A stretch of 64,000 bases of DNA from Paraphysomonas bandaiensis (taxonomy: Eukaryota > Protista > Chrysophyceae): assembly GCA_965644295.1 (NCBI GenBank), contig CBFFRP010000192.1:1-64000 (forward strand). Reading direction: 5' to 3'. Under the pieces are notes generated by a model. That model saw nothing but the letters and a program-made list of their open reading frames with translations, was not told the origin of the DNA and made no database searches. The translations under genes were made by a program, and so were the position numbers. Shown piece by piece: positions 27,671 through 38,309 of this stretch (within the stretch, counting starts at the first letter, position 1; each line of letters starts with the position of its first letter).

Positions 27671-28287
27671 GATGATCGTAGCGTCAGCCCTAATCGGAAA
27701 CCATTCACAATAACATACATTTTGTTGAAATATTTTACGGATTATGACACAATTACGATTTATCAAAAATCTCGCGATTGACAGTAAGAGTTATGCGTGA
27801 TTGACAATTCAGCTAGATTTGTAAATAGCATATTTTTTATTTCGTAGAAGAGAACGCTACCGAATTGGTGTCATATATACTTCAAGTTATTACATTAATT
27901 TCTTAATTCAAATCACTTCACGTAAGTAGTGTTAATTCTTAATGCATACTACATAATGAAAACAATTTCCTAACAATCAATTAATTCTGCATGCAGGCAG
28001 CAACGTCAAAATTGTCTCTGCATAAGTCAAAATGATGATATGCCTGTAAACCCCCCGGCTGCCTAATGCTGTAGTGTCTAAATGCAAAATTTATTAGTGT
28101 TGAGTGGTATAGTCGAGTGCTTACTCGGTCACAGGTTGAATTATAGCTGCCATCATAAGCACTTATTCAGGCCCTCTTCCAATAAATGCCATCAGCTCTT
28201 TCGAGACGACGCAATCTCACAGGTATAGTCGGATCCACTGATAGATGTCTGTATTCGTTCCTGTACTATATATGTATGTATATATGG

Positions 28288-28713
28288 ATTCATGGTGATT
28301 GAGCGCGGAGTTATTTCTCCTCACTTATGTGAGTTGATGGATTAATGAGGTGAAACTCCTCAGCGTGCTCCCTCCCAGGGTTAATGGCAGGTAGATGATT
28401 GGCAGCGTAGCTTCTGCTTAGATCGTCCCAGTCCCTGGCTTGGTTGAACCTGTGCTCTCATCATTGAAACTGTATATATAATTGTTCTCATACAATTGTT
28501 TATTGATGTTGTCTATGTATGTATAAATATTCGTGGTGATTGAGCGCGGAGTTATTTCTCCTCACTTATGTGAGTTGATGAATTAATGAGGTGCAACTCC
28601 TCAGCGTGCTCCCTCCCAGGGTTAATGGCAGGTAGATGATTGGCAGCGTAGCTTCTGCTTAGATCGTTCCAGTCCCTGGCTTGGTTGAACCTGTGCTCTC
28701 ATCATTGAAACTG
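28288..28713 (+). repeat. Two tandem copies (period 241) of a ~185-nt structured element between TA/TATG microsatellites
   Basis: 28288-28472 and 28529-28713 differ at 4 positions; extensive self-complementarity. Confidence 0.9.
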
Positions 28714-28819
28714 ATATAGATATATATATATATTGAAGCATTTTCCTTATATATTTTGCTTCTACTGTATTTTACAATTTATGACGTCGACGTTATAGCT
28801 AATCCTGCTCTCCGTAGAT

Positions 28820-30600
28820 ACTGTAGCCTTGGAGGGCCACGCAGATGCAATTACGAGATCAGCATGTTGCCAGAATATGTGTCTACTCCGAACCCTCGGT
28901 TATGAACAAGGAAAGATGTTGGTGTTTGAGTCCCTTAAAGGTCGAGATTCAATGAATCGTGCAGGACGAAGGGATCACATCCGTCAGATACTAGATACCT
29001 GTATATAGTGTCTCGACACTCAGATTCCGGTTATTGCAAAATGGAATGGAAGATTGGAGACAACTTAAGATGAAGGCACGGGTATCTGGCGTATGCAAGG
29101 ATTGTTTTTGTAATGTGTATGGTGTGTCACCATCACATGTTGATATGGTTGTTCGTGAACTCAAAACTGGCACGACAAACTCGTCACAAGTATTCTCAGA
29201 CCACAGTACTTCTCCTCTTGCTGTACTTGCCGGATTGAGAAGAGTTGCGAAGCCTTTTGGTATTCATTTGACCAAGCGTGGCTGCTGCGAAACTACCCAA
29301 CAGCCCCGTGGTGAGTAGATTTTTAAAATTATATTGGACGTGTTGTCTGCATTTGTAATTATATTATGTATAATGTAGTTTATGTCACAGTAATAATGTA
29401 CTACGTTTAGGTTCTATCTGCATACGGATGGATGCTAGATCATTTCAAGCTGGTGGGTGATTATCAACCTAACCTAGGAGGAGAAATCCATTTAGAGCCC
29501 CGACATATTGTTGAAATTACAGAGAGTACACGCTGGACCTGCAGCACGCTGAGATACCTGCAGTTTCTGTTGATCAATTTGCATCGATTTGGACCAACTG
29601 CCTGCCATATGTGAAAATCCGAGAGTTCAAAGCAGTTACTGGTAAATGTCAATGCTGTGCTGACCTAAGCACACTGCGACGTACTCACAAGTCACAAATG
29701 GACAGGGAGTATGTCACCACGATGCATGCACTGCACCGCAGTGCATACATGGGGGAACGGGCGGCCTATGCGGAGCGTCGGCACAAAGCGATTATGCAAA
29801 AGTCGAGTTTTATGTCGTGCATATCAGATGGAATGGCCCAGAATCATTGCATTCTTCCACATTTTGGGAATCAAAACAGTTGGGGGGCAGATAGTCTGCC
29901 GCAGCATCTTCAAGGAGTACTTAATCATAATCGAGGAATTATCATCTACCGTACGTTTCATACAGTGTTAACAACTGTTCAAATGTGGCGATGCATTGTT
30001 TTCTAGATACTTTACAGAAAACTATCAACGCGGAGGGTAAATTGCCGGATACTGTTTTCTATCAAATTGATGGAGGTCCAGAAAACACAGCGTATTGTTG
30101 GTTTGCACTCTGTGAATTGATTGTAGCACGACGTCTGTGTAAGCGTTTAGTGTTGACTCGACTAATGGTGGGGCATACGCACGAAGATATTGATTCTAAG
30201 TATGGTACTTTGTGGAAGAAAATAAGGTACGACGCAATATGAACTCTTACTTTACGTTGTCTTTGTGTTAATATGTATGTCCAGATCCAAATACGTGTAC
30301 ACCCCCCACAACAGTACAAAGATCACATTGAATCTGCACTGTCGACAAAGAAATCACGCTGCATTGTGGAAGATCTTTTCGCGATTCCAGACTACAAGAA
30401 ACTATTGGACGCTCACACAGACAGACGGTTAAACGCCCAAATTAAGGGTAAGAAGACAAGCCAAAAAATAGAGGCTGAGTGGAAGAAGGTTCAAAAACAG
30501 TGGAAGCGGATTGGTTTGAGACATGAATCGTTTCATTTGCCAGATTCAGACCTTTTCAGTCAATATCCAACATTAGAGCTGCGACGGCTAACGCTCCTGA
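28820..30600 (+). pseudogene. DUF7869/Sola-like DNA transposase relic with introns and frameshifts
   Basis: Motifs KCQCC, ISDGMAQNH, YQIDGGPEN and LMVGHTHEDIDSKYG are spread over ORFs 29034-30540. Confidence 0.7.
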
Positions 30601-30836
30601 GCATATTTCTTTGTCGTGACAAGTGTTCAATGATGGTAAAACTAGAGTCCCACTCATTATATCACCACTCTTTTGAATATATCCCGTTAAATCTATATCA
30701 ACTACACTATCTTTTATATTTGTATTATATAGTCTAATGCATTAAAAACTGTATTTGATCTTTTCGGTTTAGGGTAAACACTCATGATAATATATATTTA
30801 TACTATATAATTATTTATAACATATATATATATACA

Positions 30837-31631
30837 ATGTCATTAACTTCTATTATCAACATTGCTAATCACATTAATAAATATAATGTCGTTCAAGGTA
30901 ATACAAACACACAATACCAAACAAATGTTACTTTTCCTACATCATTTACAGGGCTTCCAACTGCTTTTAATGGTCAAGATGTTTTTGATACTCATATTAC
31001 TAAGTCTTATTCTGGTGGAAGTGGTTCAACTGCTTACGCTAATGGAGATTATAACTTAATTTGTTCTTCATATGGTAAATCTGGAGCCGATCCTTTGAAT
31101 TCATGCAATTTATTATTTGATGATAGTAATGAGACGTTCTGGGGAAATAACAGAAACAATACCGGACCAAATGGTATTGACAATTACAGAGATGGCGTTT
31201 TTCATGCTATGCCTTCTGGTGAAGCTTATGATGATACAACAGGTAATTACATTGGTAGCAATGGAACAGATTATTATTTTTCAACTACATATGATACATC
31301 ACAATCAATAGCTGGCGAATGGGTTCAAGTTCAATTACCTTATAAAATTCGTTTAACATCTATATCAACTCAAGAAAGAAGCACACCACAAGAGAGAACA
31401 ATGAAAGCATGTTATATATTAGGTTCTGATGATGGCACAACTTGGAATTATATTGATGATGTAGCATTTCCAGCCACTCAAGATTCAACTTTGTTCACTG
31501 AAGCAGTTACAACAACTAAAAGATATTCAATTATAAGAATTGTTATTGCCTCAGCAGGTTATATTATGTTCAATACTATCAATTTTAGATTAACAGGTGA
31601 TACATGGAGTTTAGATTCAACAACTGAATGA
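30837..31631 (+). CDS. Virus-like protein with F5/8 type C (discoidin/galactose-binding-like) domain
   Basis: Intact intronless 264-aa ORF with strongly A/T-ending codons unlike the host genes. GEWVQVQLPYKIRLTS...YILGSDDGTTWNYID...RYSIIRIVI signature. Confidence 0.75.
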   Translation: MSLTSIINIANHINKYNVVQGNTNTQYQTNVTFPTSFTGLPTAFNGQDVFDTHITKSYSGGSGSTAYANGDYNLICSSYGKSGADPLNSCNLLFDDSNETFWGNNRNNTGPNGIDNYRDGVFHAMPSGEAYDDTTGNYIGSNGTDYYFSTTYDTSQSIAGEWVQVQLPYKIRLTSISTQERSTPQERTMKACYILGSDDGTTWNYIDDVAFPATQDSTLFTEAVTTTKRYSIIRIVIASAGYIMFNTINFRLTGDTWSLDSTTE

Positions 31632-31744
31632 TAAGTTCAAGCATTTCTTTATCATACTTTAAAGAAAGGAGCCGATTTTTTAAAACTATTTTATATATTG
31701 TTTGTTGCGTGTAGTTTGTTTAATCTTCTTTTCATTTCCTTTAC

Positions 31745-31935
31745 AACACCAACATCAACACCACACCATCATCAACACCATCACCATCATCAACACCATT
31801 GCCACTTGTGTTACTACACCATTGCCACTTGTGTTACTACACCATCACCATTACTACACCATTACCACTTGTGTTACTACACCATTATCACTTGTGTTAC
31901 TACACCATTACCACATGTGTTACTACACCATTACA
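31745..31935. repeat. Minisatellite: ~5 copies of 23-bp CCACTTGTGTTACTACACCATTR plus CACCAT-rich repeats
   Basis: Direct reading of the sequence. Confidence 0.85.
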
Positions 31936-31939
31936 ACTC

Positions 31940-33285
31940 TGCAATGGAACTCAGGTTGGGACCTGAGAGCCAAACTCTAAATAAGCTAAAACTCGCTTTA
32001 AGAGAGAGAATGTTGCTTATTATTAACCTATACTACTTCTGCAGTACTAAATGCTTCTCGGCACCCCAAGAAACTAAAGCACAACTCACCAGCTATGCAG
32101 TTCAGTACTAAACAGAAAAGTGACGAGCTACAACAACCAACAAAGAGAGAACAAGCTTAACTAAAAAGAATGACGATGCGCTTGGGCGTTGACAGCCACA
32201 CAGTGACTAAATCCAAATTTTCTGCGAAGGAGTGACGATATTTATGAATGTTCTTGGAGAATTCTTCTTCTTCATACTCTACACATTAATGTATGGACTC
32301 TGCCGTATACACTCTCAACTGCTGCTCATCTAAACGATAATGGACACTCGACCAATCAGCATTGAGAATAGGGAAAGCATTGGTTCAGTATTCGCTTCCT
32401 GTATTTATACAGTGTAGGGTACAGTATACTGATACTGTATACCTGCGAGTGATATAGACGCATACATACGATAGAGGAATACTGCAAATACATCATATAC
32501 AGTGTATACGGTATACAGTGCGGTTGCTGAGAGGAGATGCAGCTCGCTCAACTGCCATCTTAATATGATTGCAGCACACATACCGAACATACTTATTAGC
32601 GAGCAGATTATCGTGAAAATTGAACAATATGTCCAGAGATGCATTACCATTGTACTCGCTAAAGACCACTGCTTCTTCAATTGCCGATATAGAGTACGAG
32701 GCGATATAGTATATTGACTGTGCAGCATCAGTACGAGGGTCCACACAGTGTGATGATCAAATGGAAGGTTCCGTAAAATCATGTAATCAGTACGTACAGT
32801 CATGGCAGGTGATATATAGGTCCTTCTTCCAGACAGAGGTGGTCTATGGCAACCCTTAGTCACCATTAATTGGAAATGGATATATGCACCACACAGAGGC
32901 ACATAATAACGGTAAAGTAGCCGCAGACACATCCACTGACTGCAGGAAAAGCACGTATACACTGTTTACGTACTATAGGTGATTGTAGAAGCTACATATG
33001 TGCATTTACAGGCTACTGGTTGAATATAGAGCCATGTACACATATATACCATATATTAGGGTAAGGATACAACATATATATATATTCTGTAGAAGGGTCA
33101 CAACCTATACATATATGTGTGGGTGAAAGAGAGAAACTAGGTTAGTATGTACGCATATATATATGTATACATCCAAACTGTAATAATAATAACTCTTCAA
33201 AAGAATTATATATCACAGCCCAGCATATAGAATAGAAGATAGTGCTGATGATTATAAACCTGCTTTAAACCTGCACAGGTTTACA
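31940..33285. mobile_element. Solo LTR (1346 bp) with 4-bp TSD ACTC
   Basis: ACTC-TGCAA...TTACA-ACTC; the left boundary is independently defined by the second copy at 1-581. Confidence 0.8.
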
Positions 33286-33289
33286 ACTC

Positions 33290-33622
33290 TGTCATTTTGG
33301 CATTGGCTTTTTATAACATAAACTAGTATAATAAATTTTATTTTATAACTTTTTCTAATTTTCATAAAAGCCAAAATGCCAGAAAGCCAAAATCATATTT
33401 TAATTTTATTATAAGATAATTATTTAATATTATATAAAGTAATTAATTTTTATATAAAGTATAGTATTATTAATATTATTATATAAGATAATTATTATAG
33501 AGTAAAAAGGAAGAGTAAGAAAACGAATGTTTTATTACGATAGGAGAGCCTTTCCGGCTCAGGAGGAATGCCTAAGCGGCTTAGAGCGCTCCCTCTGCCC
33601 TCTTCCTCGCTGTGTGTCTACT
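33290..33622. mobile_element. Extremely AT-rich segment with an inverted repeat and GC-richer tip; candidate Polinton/PLV terminus
   Basis: TTTTGGCATTGGCTTTT ... AAAAGCCAAAATGCCAGAA inverted repeat; ends GTCTACT (5'-AGTAG on minus), then switches abruptly to copia coding sequence. Confidence 0.4.
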
Positions 33623-35092
33623 CCTCCAATTGTTGCTGCGGTGTTGAAAATGAAAGTATATAAGTGGGATGTTCCAATTTCAGTGACGTTTGGAAATAAG
33701 ACTTCGACAATGTCAAAGTTTTATGTGATATTTAAAGGAATTCTTGGCAAAGTGGCAATTGTAGAATCCTGCAGTAATACTATTTTAAGTGTTCCAGCGT
33801 TGAATTTGAAGGGTTTTGATGTACTATTGAGTAAGAGTTTGGAATGCTTCTGCTGGGATCAGGATGGTAATTTAGTTGTTCGACAACCATTGCATAAGGT
33901 GCATCAGCTATATTATGTTGATATTAGGACGTTAATTGAGGGTGAATGGGACATTCCGGAAGGCCGGATAGGTGATGATGGAAATGTATGAGGGGCTGGC
34001 AAAGGAAATTTTTCTGTGGATTTCCTGGAGCCTCTTTCAGATATAGTGGATATAGGCGTGATTACAGCTGTTCATCGTCGTGGTGTGCGACGAGGTGAAA
34101 TTGATGAAGTTGTTCAACTACACACTCGACTTCATCATGCGGCCCCGTCAGCAGTGATGGTAAAGGCAATCAAGAATGGAGCGTGGCCGGGTGTAAAGGT
34201 AAATCCTTCGGTGATAGAACAGGTGTATTTGCATCAGGATTGTTTGGCGTGTTTAATGGGGAAAACTAATCGTTTATCTCGCCGGTTTGGTTCGGGAATT
34301 CATCCTGTGGCAGTGGGTCATACAATTGCTATGGATTTCAAACCTGTGAATCCTGTGGGTATTGGTGGTTGGATTGGTTTTTATATGTGTGTTGAAACGA
34401 CGAAAGGATATAAATGGGCATCCTTGGTCAAGGAACATACTTCAGGATCTTTGCTGGCAGCAGTGGTGTCAATACGTGCATTTTTAAAGGGTTATGGTCA
34501 TGAAGTTAGAGTACTTCGTCTAGATGCGGGTATTGTGGAAAAGGCAGAGACTTTGAGATTGAATTTAAATGAACTAGGAATTGTAGTAGAGCCGGCAGCC
34601 CCGGAAGCACAGTTTCAAGATCCAGCGGAGAGATCAATGCAGACAGTAGAAAAAGGAGTGGCGGCGGTTCTTGTACATCAGTTTCATTTGGGAAATAAGA
34701 TGTGGCCGACTGCACTTCTTGCGTTTCTCATGGCGTCAAATTGTTGTCCTAATAAGTTGAGTGGAGAATATTCTCCGTATTATTGGGTAACTGGTAAGCA
34801 TCCGGATATTATGAGGTGGTTTAAGTTTTATTGGGGACAGCCAGTGGTGTCAGTGGTATTACGTCAACAGCAGTCTAAATTTACTTTTGCACCGCATGCT
34901 GAGTATGGATTCGCCGTAGGATCAACATGTTGTGCGAATGGAGCAACATTGGTGTATATATACCAGCTCGGGGGAGTAGAAAATTTTATGTGCGTAGAGA
35001 TGTGCGAGCGGTAAAGTTGGGATTAGAGGATAGAGTGAGATCCATGAAGGAGATCCAAGAAATGAATCCTACGATTTCTGAGGATGGTTATT
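33623..35092 (+). pseudogene. Ty1/copia pol fragment (protease tail, GAG-pre-integrase, integrase), frameshifted
   Basis: LHTRLHH...CLACLMGK zinc-binding motif; IAMDF, LRLDAG and PAERS (D,D,E); GFAVG SH3-like region. Confidence 0.8.
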
Positions 35093-35093
35093 G

Positions 35094-36507
35094 CGTGACC
35101 CGGGGTTTGTACCGGGTGCAGCCACTATATATGAATAATAAGGAAATGTAAGAGAGAAGAAAAGAAAAGAAGAAGAAGAATGTGCTTGTTAATAGCCTTA
35201 CAATAGCTCAGGCATTCCCAAGCTCTTATAACTGGACACCTCCAACTACGTGTTAAGGTGTAAGGCACTCTAACAAAATACTGAACAGCAAGCAGAACAC
35301 AAAATAACTCACAAAGAACCACTCATGTTCTAGAAGCTATCTAGAAGCACACAATAACATCTAGAACAATATTCTACAAAAGATTGTACAAGATTTGGTT
35401 GATTATGTGGACATATCAGTTTTCTGGAACACTCCCGTAGAATGCTATGAAGACCCACTCCAACCAACAGAGTCTCCAGCACACCAAAATGAGAATATTG
35501 TCCAATCATATGCTTGTACTCGACAATATACCATCACTGTACTATAGACCATATACAGATATACAACAGCACAATACTGTATACTCAGAATCATATACAG
35601 CATTATACAGCCGTATTTACAGAGGAGTACAAGGTCTCATACATCCCGCATACCAGAGTAGCATCCAGGAGTATACAGCAAATACAGTAAATACGGTAAA
35701 TACAGCATACGACAGAAACAACAGTTGAGAAGAGACTGAAGATGATGATGCTCTTAACGCTCATTGTAGATACATGCCAACGCTCCATAATCAGTAAGAG
35801 ATAGACGATGACACTTGGCACCCTAGTCAAGTCCATAATGACAGACGTCCGACGCAAGTCACGGCTCCAAACATCATGAACACGAGAAGTTAGAGTCCAC
35901 TGCGCTCCACAGGAATATGAAGACCACACAGAGCGTACTAATGGCCTCATGGCAAGATGAATGGACCCTCAGGTGATACAATGTGTACATATACCATACA
36001 TACGTCATATTCATGTCATGTATACATGCAGATCGTGCTTATGACAAGACTTGGATCTTATACAAGCACGTGTACACTATACCATATAGTATGCAAGGTG
36101 ATAAGAGTGTTATGATGGATATGGATGGTAGTACACATACATATAGAGATATCGGAAGGTATATATGAATATGTACACACTACATTGATGTTTAATTCCT
36201 CCTATCTGCAGCTAGAGAAGAATTAATACCAGCGCAGCATACAGTGTTCTAAGTGTGAAGTGTAGTATGTATGCAATGATATAAGATGTATAATGTATGT
36301 GATATATGTGTTGTGGTGTGATGTATTGTGAATGTAATGTGTATGAGGTGTGAGTGTATGGTATAGATGATACATGCATAGCACTACTTCAATACACATG
36401 CCATGATAATAATAATCAGTGCAATCACATAGTGTAGTGTACATACAAGCATAGATGTAACATAGTATGCATAAAATACAACATATCACCGCTAGTGTGA
36501 GTCACAC
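35094..36507. mobile_element. LTR-like non-coding insert (~1.4 kb)
   Basis: Separates two coding relics; ends (C)GTGAC...GTCACA; same simple-repeat texture as the other LTRs; no TSD seen. Confidence 0.35.
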
Positions 36508-36509
36508 TC

Positions 36510-37537
36510 ATTCTCGACATCCGTAGTCCATTATATGCCCGCTAGAGAATAGAGAGTACGATGGAATAATAGTTGAACGCCACAGCGTTACACTACCCTT
36601 GCTTTCCTCTTTTACAATTGGATGCCGCTGATTAGTTGTTGCAGCGCCGCTGTACACTGCCCTCTCTCCTCTCTCATTCTCACCATGTCAATCATACTAT
36701 GAAATCAGTCATTATCTCGTGTTGCCCCTGTAGATTCTCATATCGTAAGAAGTCATAGGCTGAAAGTCATTTTGATGACGCCAAGCAAAGTCTGCTTATC
36801 CAACTGAAAATCACTGAATAGCAAATCCTGAAAATCTTCTGACTGAACAATACTCTAGATGAAATTCTTCTGCTCTCCTCATCATATTAACGCTTGAATT
36901 ACTGAACTATTTCCCATAAAACTGAACCATTCACTTCGGATATAGGCTGAGCAATATACGTGATCAAGGTCTTCCGGAGAATATGAGTGAGAACCCGATA
37001 CACATGTGCATGAACAGGACATGTCTGCCGAAATGCATTCAGAAGCCCTGTATAAGCCGAAATCCTGAATTAACATTGGATTGTGACCAGATAAGGCGGT
37101 CCAGGGCCATGTTCCTCAAAAATTGCAACCCCCCAAGTAAAAGGCAGGTCGCCCATTGTGGAATATCTGGGCTTCCTTCTCTCCAGTTTAGAAGGTTGCT
37201 TGTGTTTTGCGCCTGCTGACGCATCAGGGCTACTTGAATGTTGTGATTGGACTTGGTCGGTGTCTTCCAATCCATGCACCTTCTCCTCCAGTCTCTGCAT
37301 CCTATCATTCAAAGTTGAAACCGCTGAGACAACGTCAGTGAAAGTGGTTGACATTGTCCTGAGCGTGTCCAAAATCTCCTGATTGGAGCTTGCACCCGCC
37401 ATGGCTTCACTCTTTCCTGCGGCCGCGCTTGGAGGTCTTGGGTCAGCTTCAGTTTTCTCTTCCTGAGGAACGTCAGACTTCTTGGGTGAGGTCTTCTTTC
37501 CTTGCTTTCCACGCTTACCCTCAGTAGGTGTATGCAT
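36510..37537 (-). pseudogene. Degraded gag-like ORF of an LTR element
   Basis: ORF 37070-37537 has a basic N-terminus and coiled coil. Downstream broken frames include SKGSVTLWRSTIIP, resembling KRGGSLEQWMSLIP of gag 1302-2879. Confidence 0.45.
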
Positions 37538-38309
37538 GATTAAGTTTTAGTGACTGGGTTTGTGCCTTTTATTAGTCCTTTTGCAGGGTTTTCAGCAACC
37601 ACCTGTGCACTTGTAGCTCGAATTCTAGTAGCTAGCGGACTTGCCAACTATACTGGATATTCTCACTCCAAAAGCACACCACTGAGTACAACAAATGCTT
37701 GAGAAGCAGTTATGTTGTTCACAGCTTGTCACTGCACAGAACACCACTGTAAACAATAGCAAGGACTTTCTCGCAGTTGATTTACGGGGTTCAGGCAGCT
37801 AGGCTACGTTGCGTACTATGTCCTAACAGAGACTTTTAATCGGCTTTACCCTATAGTCAGGTAACGAATATGAGGAGACGGAAAAGTCTAGCTCAGTATT
37901 CTAAGTGAAAAATCAAGCAATATAATTCAATTACAGGTGTGTAGTATGAGTGCAAAAGACAGTGTGAAATGTTTGTCTATTGACTATAATAACACAATAA
38001 CAGAATGCAAAATATTTTGCACGAGCAATTTAGTAATTAATTACTATGACGCAGCCTCGTTTGACAACTCAACTGTCACCTCACAGTTTGGTTTGATAAC
38101 CAAGACTATGGCTCGTGATAACGCTAACTACTATCACTGTATAGGAATCAAGACAATGAGACCAAAGAAGTGATATTATTACAGGTAAACTTATGTTTCA
38201 ATCAACTATACTCGAGTGACTGACTCCCGCGAAGAATCAGCACGCAAACACCACCGCTAGTGATGTCAGGTCGCTAGTACCCAAGTATGGTTTGTAAAGC
38301 CGGCGTAGG

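Noticed and set aside
28288-28713. Telomerase RNA, hammerhead or U3 identity for the tandem element
   Set aside because: TAACCCT on minus is only 7 nt and lies in a stem. CTGAGGA...GAAA lacks a proper stem II. The U3 5' domain and box order are not found.
31745-31935. CRISPR-like array or His-rich ORFs (31698-32111, 31702-31980)
   Set aside because: The units are head-to-tail with no unique spacers, there are no cas genes and the context is eukaryotic. The 23-bp unit is not a codon multiple and the ORFs run into an LTR.
1-33285. One giant element bounded by inverted repeats (1-581 vs 31940-32520) carrying sacsin
   Set aside because: The right copy has its own TSD and the left copy interrupts a pol gene, so these are two independent LTR insertions.
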